Shown piece by piece: positions 51,201 through 59,027 of a stretch of DNA of 64,000 nucleotides; position 1 is the first letter of the stretch, and each line of letters opens with the position of its first letter. The stretch is taken from the IMG/VR virus record IMGVR_UViG_3300021164_001199, positions 1 to 64,000 of that record, one strand, 5' to 3'. The stretch comes from a virus (Duplodnaviria; Caudoviricetes). The notes under the pieces are model-generated. The model ran no database searches and was not told the DNA's origin. It saw only the letters and a list, made by a program, of their open reading frames with translations. A program made the translations under genes and the position numbers.

Positions 51201-51861
51201 TACTGATAAGTTTTTAAGACATAGGTTAGGTATTATTGTAAATCCAAGATCTAAAATAGTTACTAATATTGCAGGATTTTCAATTGATAATTCTAATAGA
51301 ATTAAAAAGTATATATCTCAAGGTATATCTAAACCTGTAACAGAATATCCTAATGTAGATATTTTTGATGATACTCTGAAAAAAGTAAATGATTCATTAT
51401 ATTTAATTGATCTAGATTTAATAAGACAACAAGGAAATCAAGCTGCTTTATCTGGTGATAAAAAATATTTTACTAATGCAGTTTTAAAATTAGCTGAGAC
51501 ACATGATGATAAATTGTTTATTTTTACAGCAGCTGATCAAATTCCAGTAACTGTTAAAGCAAGTAATATATCAATCTTTAATACACCAGAACAAATTAGA
51601 AATGCTGAATTTGAAGGACCTATTATTTTATCAAGCAAAGGATTAAAAGGAAAAACTGATGTTGGAACTGCTATGTTATCTGAAGCACTATTTGAAAAAT
51701 ATAGAATTAAAAATCCTGGATTTCAAAAAGGAATTGCCAAACTTACTATTCGTGAAATGATGAATAGTGACTCTTTTATAACATCAATAGATGTAATTGA
51801 TAGTATTAGATTAAAATCTCATGCTATATTAGACGAATTAAATAACTCTTGTAATATATAA
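39298..51861 (+). CDS. Single-chain virion RNA polymerase (two-barrel, crAss/phi14:2 gp66-like), 4187 aa, with an N-terminal zincin and inserted accessory domains
   Basis: Catalytic GGDFDIDK (DFDID at 45448-45462), RIPVQG (45331), DGQG (44170), KFSLMPL, GKRALGIGA and VDVAKDP. Zincin HEAWH (41167-41181) with EELLAEDF. AlkB, ASCH and NADAR motifs at about 48490-50110. Confidence 0.9.
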   Translation: MACLTQKQLDNIFKSIGNYFKNLNDPKDYNHLEHLLYIYNKGISSGMTPATALSYVQAVPKLVQAYKAITGIKLIKDENIQVARLESDFEDNDLNFIADTLELTSEKEPEEITEVTTDEVVAPKGQTLKIFTAKTNDPTSTTGPDERKDDGTQSIDPKKTWYHGFTRKLIANAVSGFDGSTITIKNHTGFKLKAIKMSEIPYEELYDFLKTQSLSEEQLKAILDRDQIVALVITDNNGKILKFNQDYAVAPDGKLIYFQMRDTNYDLLDVVGARGVIQSVEEISSNLNISYKEAERRVREGVNNLRAIQKGVFENKNVILDITGGSRGYLPLLEKNIKLNYQTAPSTLGQVVANMDYFEISYNTTGGTTNRFITLYGNTINLFTRKANDEELSLFSDAVVENLLNSDDTTVGLEFLSQYLAMTNSNKNELRKLLESIKESRDKENGVDRLKKYLKTAGSNKNGFWLTYQKELPEYFGIKNGELAIINREEYYNFWKDVLKTALPLNDDDKVQLFNSYLNFEIDNKTKETLGLSKSEEPKIEKKTSAIVANTNFDIDSLMKEKGISSEATKKQIQDALDWYENSPLKNVVPVNVLFNVLNSNSKAVWERSGITLFFGSNYTDLYHEAWHAFSQLFLTIDDKQKLYAEIGKMSGTFALPGGGRIKYSDAKPVQIEELLAEDFRQYRLSNGTKVFGQRPVTNRIFSQILKLLNWLFDKVSYQQTQTDFNSLKNVKTLYDKLYLGNFIDMKPDAKNIMFGSLASPIGSVENGTQLTITQSNEIADTMDAIISDVLENIAKETGKVIIGNFLNSKNSIKYVYGKIKEAFEKRVVELSEDVVANEYAINLLNIAITDFGNIDDTIDNKKLNDSTTISYHLRRSKILDFKTKTLDDNDEKTVDLDTHIKKELADNGELSFEELANERVLFLIKTLKQYDSNGNVEMNDLGFPKLVKFNKVLGILIRELNNNSGPKSIKAKLEALRDNGQHEIGELLIKLGDLDLVKEDDKADIMNAWILFANSFNTTSLPLIITRLEQTTNRDENTFEYSLYNTQGKLDLSNTKRKFIQEFSINRLNRFTSEFEGLKVIDKNKLENFNIQEYNNLQFGDPKKFNKAVLFYNAIGIPVGKSEQYKELLSNKTVLEGVTYIYNMLMEYKSKGKNSDFIPDHINYLTKSKEGNQSNVIDTVIQAYLKVEDIVSTFSLLNAEGNRQYENVLNNTITITKNGLNDVNTFQEFYSKPEFAHFNPAINPMVRNSQVLKKLFGEDLTGRIDTLNLSNYSGIQLDKDGVNINSVSITETDTATKFYIDLYSYINNGYVELPRHADKKMALAYHTSKNPHFITPTSYYQSPELSDDKFFKIMFGYLKAEHERVQDIRNNTISDLDYFPEFKNQGKEFLIFHDILTPELKNKLYDTSIEELAALNSDTQLHKEIKDRIVAYLSNLTSKNKVVFDEMNYLDADSIKKLIKPGFVNQGLSNDEKANRLVRAYSANSFISFVESTILFYGDIAAYNLLKEEFHKRNASAGSTGRTFISDPEFLYAYKKHFGNKYANKQGYKSYGVADNGVLRTAVFDDIQVQNDDLIKEYKILFEKQYTKDYTAFGLTGKALTDKVEAEVKKSIAKYFEKEIKEGDGQGWLTFDAYRMLAKLSNEWSPAQEELYNKIVEGKDIGINEIVKNFPPRKYQYYGPIVTEKYHLNALHKFSLMPLIPSVIKDTNLAQIHERMMNSNVQYATFKSGSKTATRTYENGKSDQFYTDLSVRKAMPKDAALLINEINIKYLRNQVSINDEFKEEVVFSTQMRKLIINELFEKGIPLNANVEELVKSYLRNIERYIEFNKQELRDEIELKSDGKFNAESLAKIIKIEMSRRDFPEHLQDTVTKIENGNFAYDLSYALNAEDIEKILFSIVNKRIVRRKVNGEPLIQAAVSGFESERPDLTNATEEDLVKYRADELKFYRVDPVTGKTLPMQVKIALQGKFKKLLYLEHNGQVIGTRDNLNKALKDSEWMKVHGKMVTLVGVRIPVQGFNSMEMMEVAEFLDESAGNIVVAPTQIVSKSGGDFDIDKLSIFFPNIEKVGNKIFLSRYDRSIKESTGELKGKISDLKKRIKEIKGDSQKEFENLKKQKQFSKLENTEKQLINQLYENYNRLLAENNNLIELWSKESANTRKGKILSNEIDELKNISISFEDKFQELTLAEAELKQNLKVYYGAFYEDKQQKFWDTQDVKLQVVFDEMNIIKEKLINSSNSAYENDITQDIINILSAPEIAAALVRPNDTDLVQPLSKDMLKYFAKSYNPKENFNTDPSIMEFVDDLETNPEKKNKIRPVSPTRIFETRYNIYKQYSNSVGKRALGIGAVDNAYNALFNQVGLYLNDEYEHVRTDKKTGKDITQIRKNRLLLSHNKMNNGKISLSNIFNTEGTKISDLINQLINGWVDVAKDPWIAYVMGTPEASPSLLYLVQAGVPFKQAVYFLANPLVRQYFDTLKKMESPLAALSQSIEENDYGDPIIKSKLPENEFRLKAEMLGYGKSDYPNGHQLYDRIQDYTKGFENITEKELFDRLEASIQPGWSRNETDMAVLAHFIEILDVAKGLFKIKSSLNFDTKTSATMYDAYARSQKRDLIVSDNEDEVNILKIFPKHKLKALYEDTILHNFDVSDMQMEMFKDLYGVRNNPNLNKYLYEFYKNSLIFGSNIFDRVKQIFGGNDKMISEFKNDFTTAITLSALRDIGVTETMYKGYEVVQVNSKEYEKVINKKVNKSLPTDKLYFAKNNYTKDTPEKYPKYGFIFTENAEKLGTNYNVSTTQAVIRTNKKGERNPNALAIVTKKMQKAGANFTNSEADFNQFKELNTKLINDIVDSKFERIIVPTGGFAMEKAQLPTRFAEWLQNELQTKLGIATELVDRGTGMSGLTNSKKYEEPTTQQSTNPLVEAGIKPTDMYGNAAKDIQMASESTQFIGFGTIMKEGNVSSTDKYAKAWGNKANTGEYTANDIIMVSGSGNFGRGGVDKTEEAAAIKKTLSEKYKPLLLKAIEAGASFRIGNQYAKGNLSDETVAKFLQQKGYTEEKLNGYSRWNAPVKPKGEKVADGIYVNQEGLSPQEELELFELIRPVLEEQAVKSNAGKNAPKMAGLGLNWDYVNGVTKRRDNGFEKIDIQDPLRKNSAYGWFTSSSTGEKLGSISKRMVELMSKATGIDVTDYDGSIINIYNSDSFIGNHPDIDESKTAEKYPVVVVNIGGPGNIVLGSDKVNLKSGAGYVFGVDGKNRTISHSTYASPIKGTLPAITTAMDGETLKAGSYRVSITMRRVMPLKKGMPESPKVISKKPSTSANEFDIADKLTPIEQNFKDGSGGRQMQPQFKGKSTMDLIMSGDRTRTTRAKTDVGRMLKDYNLSKIEDLVGKIIRMTDNTGKQVYTRITKVAPFTQEYQDSTWKKEGWEKSVTDKLVGQYPYAIEFEVVNKPTQSSTSTNIGPETIINVYSKDKNGFEDLSNFAERSVKLGNETFRTPEGAYQAMKIWFTNAALLRTPISKENLEILEKLKTASGLEAKALGNNITDLSKDTWDRDSSGVMKNILTLSFQQNSKALDKLLSTGNATLTHTQDKTKWKTEFPKLLMEVRNELRGEQPKVNEPVEVEQVPTKGTNIPGYIPTGVFIQDDKMYVDKDTLYEQFETQEYSTNNTQAYGTIITTPEGGKFYLQKVSPRTFNDNFSEYVKFVMEREYQRSVLKASDITNFDELLKTTTAKLITPKKVQINIAELQNKLKTDVAFVGNKYGLEDLVDVYSGEVIYDNLKPGFRKPGIYEQYTITEERGSAVKYKIIESYLTNKALKNILNSYSYMQDPENSYARQLLDLVKKYKLAKDYSLLDALTLNKSNGNDIFNLVFKEGKPDSNTIDNYIDELMRLSNPDVEKHPDIHINKEISEFFDKFQYYVLLSSGFSSGNKYSLNSIISQEKILNYTNSDAIKKATNRILNDSDYYGKVEKTLNIFTDKFLRHRLGIIVNPRSKIVTNIAGFSIDNSNRIKKYISQGISKPVTEYPNVDIFDDTLKKVNDSLYLIDLDLIRQQGNQAALSGDKKYFTNAVLKLAETHDDKLFIFTAADQIPVTVKASNISIFNTPEQIRNAEFEGPIILSSKGLKGKTDVGTAMLSEALFEKYRIKNPGFQKGIAKLTIREMMNSDSFITSIDVIDSIRLKSHAILDELNNSCNI

Positions 51862-51863
51862 TT

Positions 51864-54800
51864 ATGGCTTGCAAAATAATTAGAAATGAAGATGGTACTG
51901 TAGATAGAGTACTTGCTGATAATAATGAACGTTCAATTCTCTATAATCAAATTAGAGAAACAACAACTGAAGAACAAGCCTTATTAGATTATTCTGGAAC
52001 GTTTACAGAAGAGTTTAAAAATGTAATTGAATCATTTAAAAACTCAGAAGATAGTACTAACATATATGATGAGAATGGAGAAGTCCAGTATTACATATAT
52101 GATTATATTATGCATCCTGAAAAGTTCTTTGGTCAAAATAATGTAGTTAATACTAAATTTCAAAAAGATAGAAATAATAATTTAAGAATTGCTGGATTAT
52201 CTTATTTAGTAGGCACTTTAGAAATGCTTTCTGTGAAATTTGGATTATCTTATGAAGTTATTTTTGATGAAAGTAATCCTAACAAAGGATATATAGATGT
52301 AATATCTTATGGTAAACCCACTATTATAATAAATGCTTCTAAAGCTTCACATGACACTCCTTTACATGAGTATGGTCATATTTTTATAAATCTTATTAAA
52401 TTATCCAATAAAAACTTATATTCAAATTTAGTAAAAGAAATATTAAATACAGAAATAGGTAAAAAAGAATTATCCGATGTTAAAAATTATTATTCAAATT
52501 ATACTTTAGAAGAACAAATTGAAGAAACAATAGTTGAACTATTAGGCAGATATGCTAGAAATGAGTTTGATCCTGAATCAGGTATACATAAAACAATTAA
52601 AAAAATATGGAATACTATATTAGAATTTTTATCTAAGACATTCAATGTTGAAATTAAAGATATTTCTCCAAACATGTCAATTGAACAACTTTCTAAACTT
52701 TTAAGTAATCCTAATGTAAACTTTAATCAAAAATCTTTCATAGAACAAAATTTAGAAACTATTAAGAATACTAACATTAAAAATAAAGAAAGATTAGAAA
52801 ATGAATATACCGATTTTAAAAAGATTAATAATCCATCATTAATAAGAGAAAATGGTTATACGTTAATTATAAACAAAAATGAGTTTGATATATTTAAAAA
52901 GGAAATAGAAACTACCATCAATAGTATAAAAGAATATAGTAAAAGTCAACTATTAATAGATATTAATAATATTAAATCTGAAATTACAACTTTTCAAGAA
53001 AGAAACAATTTTGATTACAGTAGATATCCTATGTTTACTAAAATTTTAAAATTTTTTCATCCAACTCCAAACACTGCATTATATGTATTAGATAGAGAAA
53101 TACAAAATGGAAATTTAGATAATGAAATTAAAGATAATTTAAAATTTTTAGATAAATCACTAACTGAAATAACACAAGATGTATTATCTGGATATATGAT
53201 AAGTGATCAATTAGGAATAAAAATTCCAGATTTTTATAAAATGTCATCTTATACATTTAGCAGTTTTAATTCTGTTGAAGAAATTGAAAATAGTTTTATA
53301 GATAAACTTTCTGAATTGAATAAAATAATTCAAAATCCTGAAAAATCTGACTCTTATTATGATCGTAGTTTTAAATTTTCAACAGAAACTGATACATATA
53401 AAGTATATGGAAAATTTAAAGATGGAAATATAAGTATTAGTTTTAGTTCTGATAAGTATGGAATGAAAGATGTGAATAATAGTCTTTTTTTCAAAATTCT
53501 TCCTAAAGTTATAGATTCAATTTCTTATATGTTTTCAGATTTAGAATATAACACTATATCATTTACTCCCGTTTCTGGAGAATCATCTAAAGGTAGAGAT
53601 TTAAGGCTTAAAGGATATAATATTTTTGCTAAAAGACTTTTTGGACAATTTAGTTTAGTAGCAGAAAATGATAATACTACTATTATTCCTATTCCTGAAA
53701 TGTTTAAAAATCAAATACATATAAAAGAAAATATGTATCAGAAAGACAGGACTGATATACCTGTTATACAATCAGCCCAGTTTAATCAAATACAAAATGA
53801 TACTAATGAAAATATTGCAGTTGAAGTATTAAATAAAATTGCAAATAGAATATCTAAAAATCTAAATGGGGTGCCTTATAATAGTATTGAAGAAGCTGAT
53901 GCTGTATCTTTGTTAGCTTCTACTAAAGAGAAATATACTGGTCAACCAGCATTCTTTTATAATGGTCAAGTATACTTTATAAAAGATAAATTAAACTTAG
54001 AAAACTTATTCCATGAATTTAGTCACCCTTTCATTAAGGCTATTAAGAAAACAAACCCTGGTCTTTTTAATAAATTATATGACAATCTTATTCAAACAGA
54101 AGAAGGTCAAAAACTTAAAGATCTAGTTAAAGAATATTATAACCATGATGAAAATTCTGAAGAGTTTAAAGAAGAAATGCTAGTAAGAGCATTAACTACT
54201 AGAGCTAGAAATAATGAATTAAAAGTTCAAGAGAGTTCTGGTTTTGATAAGTTAATGAATCAATTGTGGTATGCTGTTAAACAAATAATACGTAAGATAT
54301 TTGGTAAGGTTAAAATAGACAAGTTAAATGAGAATACAACTCTAGATGAACTTGTAAAAATGCTTAATAATGAATCTTTTGAAATTAGTGCAAAAGATAT
54401 TACAGATTCAGAAAGAGCAGATTTTAATAATCTAAAAAAAGAGTCAGTTAAAGAACTAATATCTAAAGCTAATGCTACATTAGTTCAAAGTAATATTGAC
54501 AAATTATTTAAATTAATAAGGTCTGGTCAACAAGTTTTAGAACAAGGTGAAACAAACTATCCTGGCTTAGAAGAAAGTATTTCAAAAGAAAAATTAGATA
54601 GTCCTTTTCAAGAAGAATACAATGCAATATCTAGATATCAAACATATACTAAAACTAATGAAGAACCTTTAGATTTAGTAAACTATAGAGAAAAACAAAT
54701 TGAAGGTTTAGTTTTATCTATAGAAGCTTATAATGACTCTATTGAAAAAATAATTCTTGAAATTAATAGATTAAAATCAGATCCCAATTCAATTGTAACT

Positions 54801-57800
54801 ATTTCTAAAAATATGTATTTCTTGAAAATACTTAAACAAACTTTACAAACGTTTGTGGAATTAAGACAAGAAATGACAGATGCAGGAGTTAATGTAGCTA
54901 GTCCCATATTTCAATTACTAACTAAAGCAACTATTAATGCTGAATCTGGTATTAGAATAATATATGAAGAAAATAAGAAAGCATTACCTTTAGTATTAGC
55001 ACCACATTTAAAAGGAATCAATGAAGTACTTATTAAAGAATTTAATAAAGTAATTGAGGAAATGGTTGCTAGAGGTTCATCTCGTGAAGCAATTGCTGCT
55101 AAGGAAAGAGAAAGAGATAGTTATCTTAGAGATGAGAATACATTAGCTAAAGTAATGGTTGGTGAAACACCAGAGCCAGCAGGATTAGGTTTAAGTACTT
55201 TAGTTGAAAGTGCTGTATCTAGTCCAGATGAATTAATATCAAGTTTTGCGTTATATGTTAAGGAAGCTTTAATTGATGTAGAACTTAATGCTACTGCAAA
55301 CTTTAATGATTTCTTAGCTGATACTAGAAAACTTTTAAAAGACGCAGGATTAGATGATTTTAAATTAGTATCCAAACTTGGTAAGATTATTACTTTTAAA
55401 GAAGAACTAGGATATACTGACCCTAAAACAGGAGAATTCAAAACTCATGAAGTTCATACATTTTTAAATAAATTTAAAGGATATGAATTAGTATTATCTA
55501 AATTTAAATATGATATAAATAAAGCATTAGAGAATGGTGATTCAGAATTAGCGGCATCTCTTGAAATGGACCGTGAGGAATGGAAAAGAACATATATGCA
55601 TGATAAATGGAAACCTGAAGTTTATAAAATATATGATGTCTTCAAAAAAACTTATGTTAACTCTGCAGGAGTTACTGTTGAAATTGGCAAAATGGCCAAA
55701 GAAAGATATAATAAAATAATGGATAATATCAATAATGGTATTAAACTCATTGATGATGAATTAGAGAGAGTTGAAATTCAGAATAGAATGAAAATTGATA
55801 CTCTATGGGTAGATTATAAAAAATTATTTAGTAAATATGATGATGATGGTCTTCTCAAAACAGGAGATGAAATGGCTATTACAGAAACATTACTAGAATA
55901 TAGAGCTCAAAGAAAGGAATATTTTGAATGGGAGTCAGATGAAAGTCCTGATAGTATGCCTATTCTTAGATTTAAGAAAGCTAGAAGTTTATTTATAGAT
56001 CAACTATTAACTAAGTTTGAGAGATCTGATCTAGAATTTGCTCAGAAGTTACAAGAGTGGGATGATATGAATACTAGAAAGGTTATTGATAAACAATTCT
56101 ATGTAGATAAAGCCTTAATACTTGAAAAAATAAATGAAATATATAATAGTTTATCAGGTTCTTTTGCAGAAGATTCTAAAATTGTAAAAGAAACTAAAGA
56201 GTATTGGGATTTAATTATTAATCAACTGTATGCTTACAGAGATGAGGAAAATCATCCTAATGGACTTTTAGTTTCTAAAGAAAAAATAGCTGAGATTAAA
56301 AAAGCTCAAGAAAAAATCCAGGAACTACAAGACATGATTAAAAATGGAAATGGTTTATCTAGAGCAGAAACAAGAGAATATAGAAGATTAGATGAATTAG
56401 TAAAACGTGGAATTGAGTTATCTGCAAAAGACTATTCTGACTATGAAAATTTAGAAATTAGATCTAATTTTTCTTCAATACCAAAAGGAGTTAAAAGTGA
56501 TTTAAAGAAATTATATGCTGATCTTGAAAATTTACAAAGTAAAAAAGCTACTGATTATTATTTAGAAGTTTATAATTATCAGATTGACTTACATAATCGT
56601 AGACAAGAAGCAAAAGGATTACCTGTTACAGTGAAACATTTTGATAGATTTGCTATTGATTATGATGCATTAGATAGAGGGTTTGTAGAGAGTGTATTTA
56701 AAAAAGATCCAGAGTTTAAAAAATGGTTCATGGCTAATCACGTTGAAGTAGAAAGATGGGATGATGAACTTCAAATGAGAGTAATAAGATTTGAAAGATT
56801 ATTCTTATGGAATCAAATTGAACCTAGAGACTCTAAATATAAAAAAAGAGTTCAATGGAGAGATGAAACAGGTAGAGATATATTTGTATGGGGATTACCT
56901 TCTTTATCATATTACAAACAAAATATTAAACCAGAATATGCTACTGAAGAAATTGTAGGAGAAACTGTAGATAATAGAGGTAACTATTTGCCAAGAGAAA
57001 ATGTAGTTAATAGTCCTTATATTAATCAAGCATATTTTGATTTAAAAAGAGATAATATAGGTGCATTTAACTTACTTGAAAAAATTAAAGAGTATCATAT
57101 TAAGTTTCAAGAAAAAGCTGATAAATCTGATAGATTATGGATGCAAGTTCCTAGATATGAAAAGACTAGTAAAGAACTTACAGAAACTAATAAGTTTTTT
57201 TCTGATAAAACTTCAACTGCTAAAGCTGCACTTAAGAATTTTTTAAATAAATTTAAAGTAAATGCTGAAGATACTGATGAAGGTTTAGGTGTTGAAGATA
57301 AATTTAAACTTACAAGATTAGACTTCTTTAATGATGATGAACAAAAAATTCATATATCAGGTAAACCATTAATAGATGAAGATCAAGTATCATTAGATGT
57401 AATTACATCTGTGCTTAGACATATGCATTCAGTTGAGAGAGCTCATAAATTAGCTGAGATTGAACCAATTGCAAAAGCATTAATGGAATTAATGAATGAT
57501 CCTAAAAATCAACCTAAAGATATTACTAAAGCTAGTATGTATCATTGGATTACTCAAAAGATACCAATATTTGCTAATAAAAAAGGTGAGAATATTAGAG
57601 CTAAGGCAATTAAAGGATTAATAGACAGAACTTTCTATAATGTTCAGCAAACAGGATTTGGTTCTGATGCTATAGTTCTACAGAAATTATCTAAAGTAAT
57701 GATGAAAGCTGCATCTTTTGGATTCTTTGCCTTAGATATACCTTCAGCTGTTAAAAATAGATTTGGTCAACAGTTACAACAAGCTATTGAATTAGCTGCT

Positions 57801-59021
57801 GGAACAAGTTATGATGGAAAGAGTTTCCTAAAAGGGAAAATTATTGCATCTAAAGCTATGTTAGAAATATCTGGATCTATTTATAGCAAAGGTAAACTTC
57901 CATACTATGCTCAATTAGTAAATGCTTTTGATCCATCGCAAGGTATGGCTATGGATAAACTACCACTGTATATTACAAGAACAATTTATAAGGATGTTGC
58001 TTCTCCAGGAAACATTTTAATGTCACCTAGAAAATTCTTAGAAATTGAAGGAACATTAGAGTTTTTCTTTGGTGTAATGGAATTTACTAAAGTAGATCAG
58101 ACTATCAATGGTGTTACTACACAAATTCCATATCATGAAGCTTTTGAGTTAGTTAATGATAGACTAAAATTAAGAGAAGGTATTGATGAGAAATGGGATT
58201 TAGGAGGAAGTGAATTCAAAAGAAAAAGAATATTCATACAGGAAAAGCAAAATATTCTAAATGGAGTCTATTCTAAATTTGATCAACCAGAAGGTAATAG
58301 ATATTTGTTCTATAGAATGTTTATGTTCTTAAGAAAATTCTTCATTACAGGTATGGTAAATAGATTTGGTTTTTCAGGATCCTTATTTGCTCCTAGATTT
58401 AGAAGAAATAATGCATCTCAAACTTTAGAAATGGGATACTGGATACAAAGTGCTAGAGCATTAGCAAAACTATTAGTTACTACAGGTAAACACTGGCACT
58501 TTATGAGACCATCTGAGAAAGGTGCTGTATATAAAGCTTTAACTGAAATGGCATTGTTAACTATATTGTCTGCTTTAATTCCAATGTTATTTGGTTGGGA
58601 TGGAGATGATGATGATAAATATGAGAAACTAAGGAAGAGACAAGGTGGACCATTAGGTTCAGATGATTTTGAAATGGGTGGATGGTTAGCTAATCATTTA
58701 TTATATCAAACAATGAGTGTTGCTTCTGAGAATATGCAGTATTATAAAGTAGGATTCTATTCTGATATGCTTAGTAACTTTAACTTAGCAAACGGACCAT
58801 CATTACAAACTTATGGTAAAATATTAGGTGATATTATTAATATGGTAACAGATGATGATGCAGCATATTATAAAAAAGATGTTGGTCCATATTCTTGGCA
58901 AAAAGCAGAATCAGCTAAAATTCTTAATCACGTAGCTAAAATGTTCTCATTAACTGGTAAGACATTAGATCCATCAAAAGCAATTCAAGATTTTAAATCA
59001 GCAGAAAATATATATAAATAA
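51864..59021 (+). CDS. Giant polyvalent virion protein (2385 aa) with two zincin-like domains
   Basis: HEYGH (52365-52379) and HEFSH (54012-54026), each followed by EE. Long helical body and a C-terminal hydrophobic helix (MALLTILSALIPMLF). Single Cys at aa 3. Confidence 0.65.
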   Translation: MACKIIRNEDGTVDRVLADNNERSILYNQIRETTTEEQALLDYSGTFTEEFKNVIESFKNSEDSTNIYDENGEVQYYIYDYIMHPEKFFGQNNVVNTKFQKDRNNNLRIAGLSYLVGTLEMLSVKFGLSYEVIFDESNPNKGYIDVISYGKPTIIINASKASHDTPLHEYGHIFINLIKLSNKNLYSNLVKEILNTEIGKKELSDVKNYYSNYTLEEQIEETIVELLGRYARNEFDPESGIHKTIKKIWNTILEFLSKTFNVEIKDISPNMSIEQLSKLLSNPNVNFNQKSFIEQNLETIKNTNIKNKERLENEYTDFKKINNPSLIRENGYTLIINKNEFDIFKKEIETTINSIKEYSKSQLLIDINNIKSEITTFQERNNFDYSRYPMFTKILKFFHPTPNTALYVLDREIQNGNLDNEIKDNLKFLDKSLTEITQDVLSGYMISDQLGIKIPDFYKMSSYTFSSFNSVEEIENSFIDKLSELNKIIQNPEKSDSYYDRSFKFSTETDTYKVYGKFKDGNISISFSSDKYGMKDVNNSLFFKILPKVIDSISYMFSDLEYNTISFTPVSGESSKGRDLRLKGYNIFAKRLFGQFSLVAENDNTTIIPIPEMFKNQIHIKENMYQKDRTDIPVIQSAQFNQIQNDTNENIAVEVLNKIANRISKNLNGVPYNSIEEADAVSLLASTKEKYTGQPAFFYNGQVYFIKDKLNLENLFHEFSHPFIKAIKKTNPGLFNKLYDNLIQTEEGQKLKDLVKEYYNHDENSEEFKEEMLVRALTTRARNNELKVQESSGFDKLMNQLWYAVKQIIRKIFGKVKIDKLNENTTLDELVKMLNNESFEISAKDITDSERADFNNLKKESVKELISKANATLVQSNIDKLFKLIRSGQQVLEQGETNYPGLEESISKEKLDSPFQEEYNAISRYQTYTKTNEEPLDLVNYREKQIEGLVLSIEAYNDSIEKIILEINRLKSDPNSIVTISKNMYFLKILKQTLQTFVELRQEMTDAGVNVASPIFQLLTKATINAESGIRIIYEENKKALPLVLAPHLKGINEVLIKEFNKVIEEMVARGSSREAIAAKERERDSYLRDENTLAKVMVGETPEPAGLGLSTLVESAVSSPDELISSFALYVKEALIDVELNATANFNDFLADTRKLLKDAGLDDFKLVSKLGKIITFKEELGYTDPKTGEFKTHEVHTFLNKFKGYELVLSKFKYDINKALENGDSELAASLEMDREEWKRTYMHDKWKPEVYKIYDVFKKTYVNSAGVTVEIGKMAKERYNKIMDNINNGIKLIDDELERVEIQNRMKIDTLWVDYKKLFSKYDDDGLLKTGDEMAITETLLEYRAQRKEYFEWESDESPDSMPILRFKKARSLFIDQLLTKFERSDLEFAQKLQEWDDMNTRKVIDKQFYVDKALILEKINEIYNSLSGSFAEDSKIVKETKEYWDLIINQLYAYRDEENHPNGLLVSKEKIAEIKKAQEKIQELQDMIKNGNGLSRAETREYRRLDELVKRGIELSAKDYSDYENLEIRSNFSSIPKGVKSDLKKLYADLENLQSKKATDYYLEVYNYQIDLHNRRQEAKGLPVTVKHFDRFAIDYDALDRGFVESVFKKDPEFKKWFMANHVEVERWDDELQMRVIRFERLFLWNQIEPRDSKYKKRVQWRDETGRDIFVWGLPSLSYYKQNIKPEYATEEIVGETVDNRGNYLPRENVVNSPYINQAYFDLKRDNIGAFNLLEKIKEYHIKFQEKADKSDRLWMQVPRYEKTSKELTETNKFFSDKTSTAKAALKNFLNKFKVNAEDTDEGLGVEDKFKLTRLDFFNDDEQKIHISGKPLIDEDQVSLDVITSVLRHMHSVERAHKLAEIEPIAKALMELMNDPKNQPKDITKASMYHWITQKIPIFANKKGENIRAKAIKGLIDRTFYNVQQTGFGSDAIVLQKLSKVMMKAASFGFFALDIPSAVKNRFGQQLQQAIELAAGTSYDGKSFLKGKIIASKAMLEISGSIYSKGKLPYYAQLVNAFDPSQGMAMDKLPLYITRTIYKDVASPGNILMSPRKFLEIEGTLEFFFGVMEFTKVDQTINGVTTQIPYHEAFELVNDRLKLREGIDEKWDLGGSEFKRKRIFIQEKQNILNGVYSKFDQPEGNRYLFYRMFMFLRKFFITGMVNRFGFSGSLFAPRFRRNNASQTLEMGYWIQSARALAKLLVTTGKHWHFMRPSEKGAVYKALTEMALLTILSALIPMLFGWDGDDDDKYEKLRKRQGGPLGSDDFEMGGWLANHLLYQTMSVASENMQYYKVGFYSDMLSNFNLANGPSLQTYGKILGDIINMVTDDDAAYYKKDVGPYSWQKAESAKILNHVAKMFSLTGKTLDPSKAIQDFKSAENIYK

Positions 59022-59027
59022 TTAATT

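Noticed and set aside
39281-51872. Split-intein (protein trans-splicing) explanation for the junction cysteines
   Set aside because: There are no intein blocks (no N-intein C-[LF] domain, no HN-[CST] end) near the termini. The Cys residues sit 3-5 residues from the protein ends.
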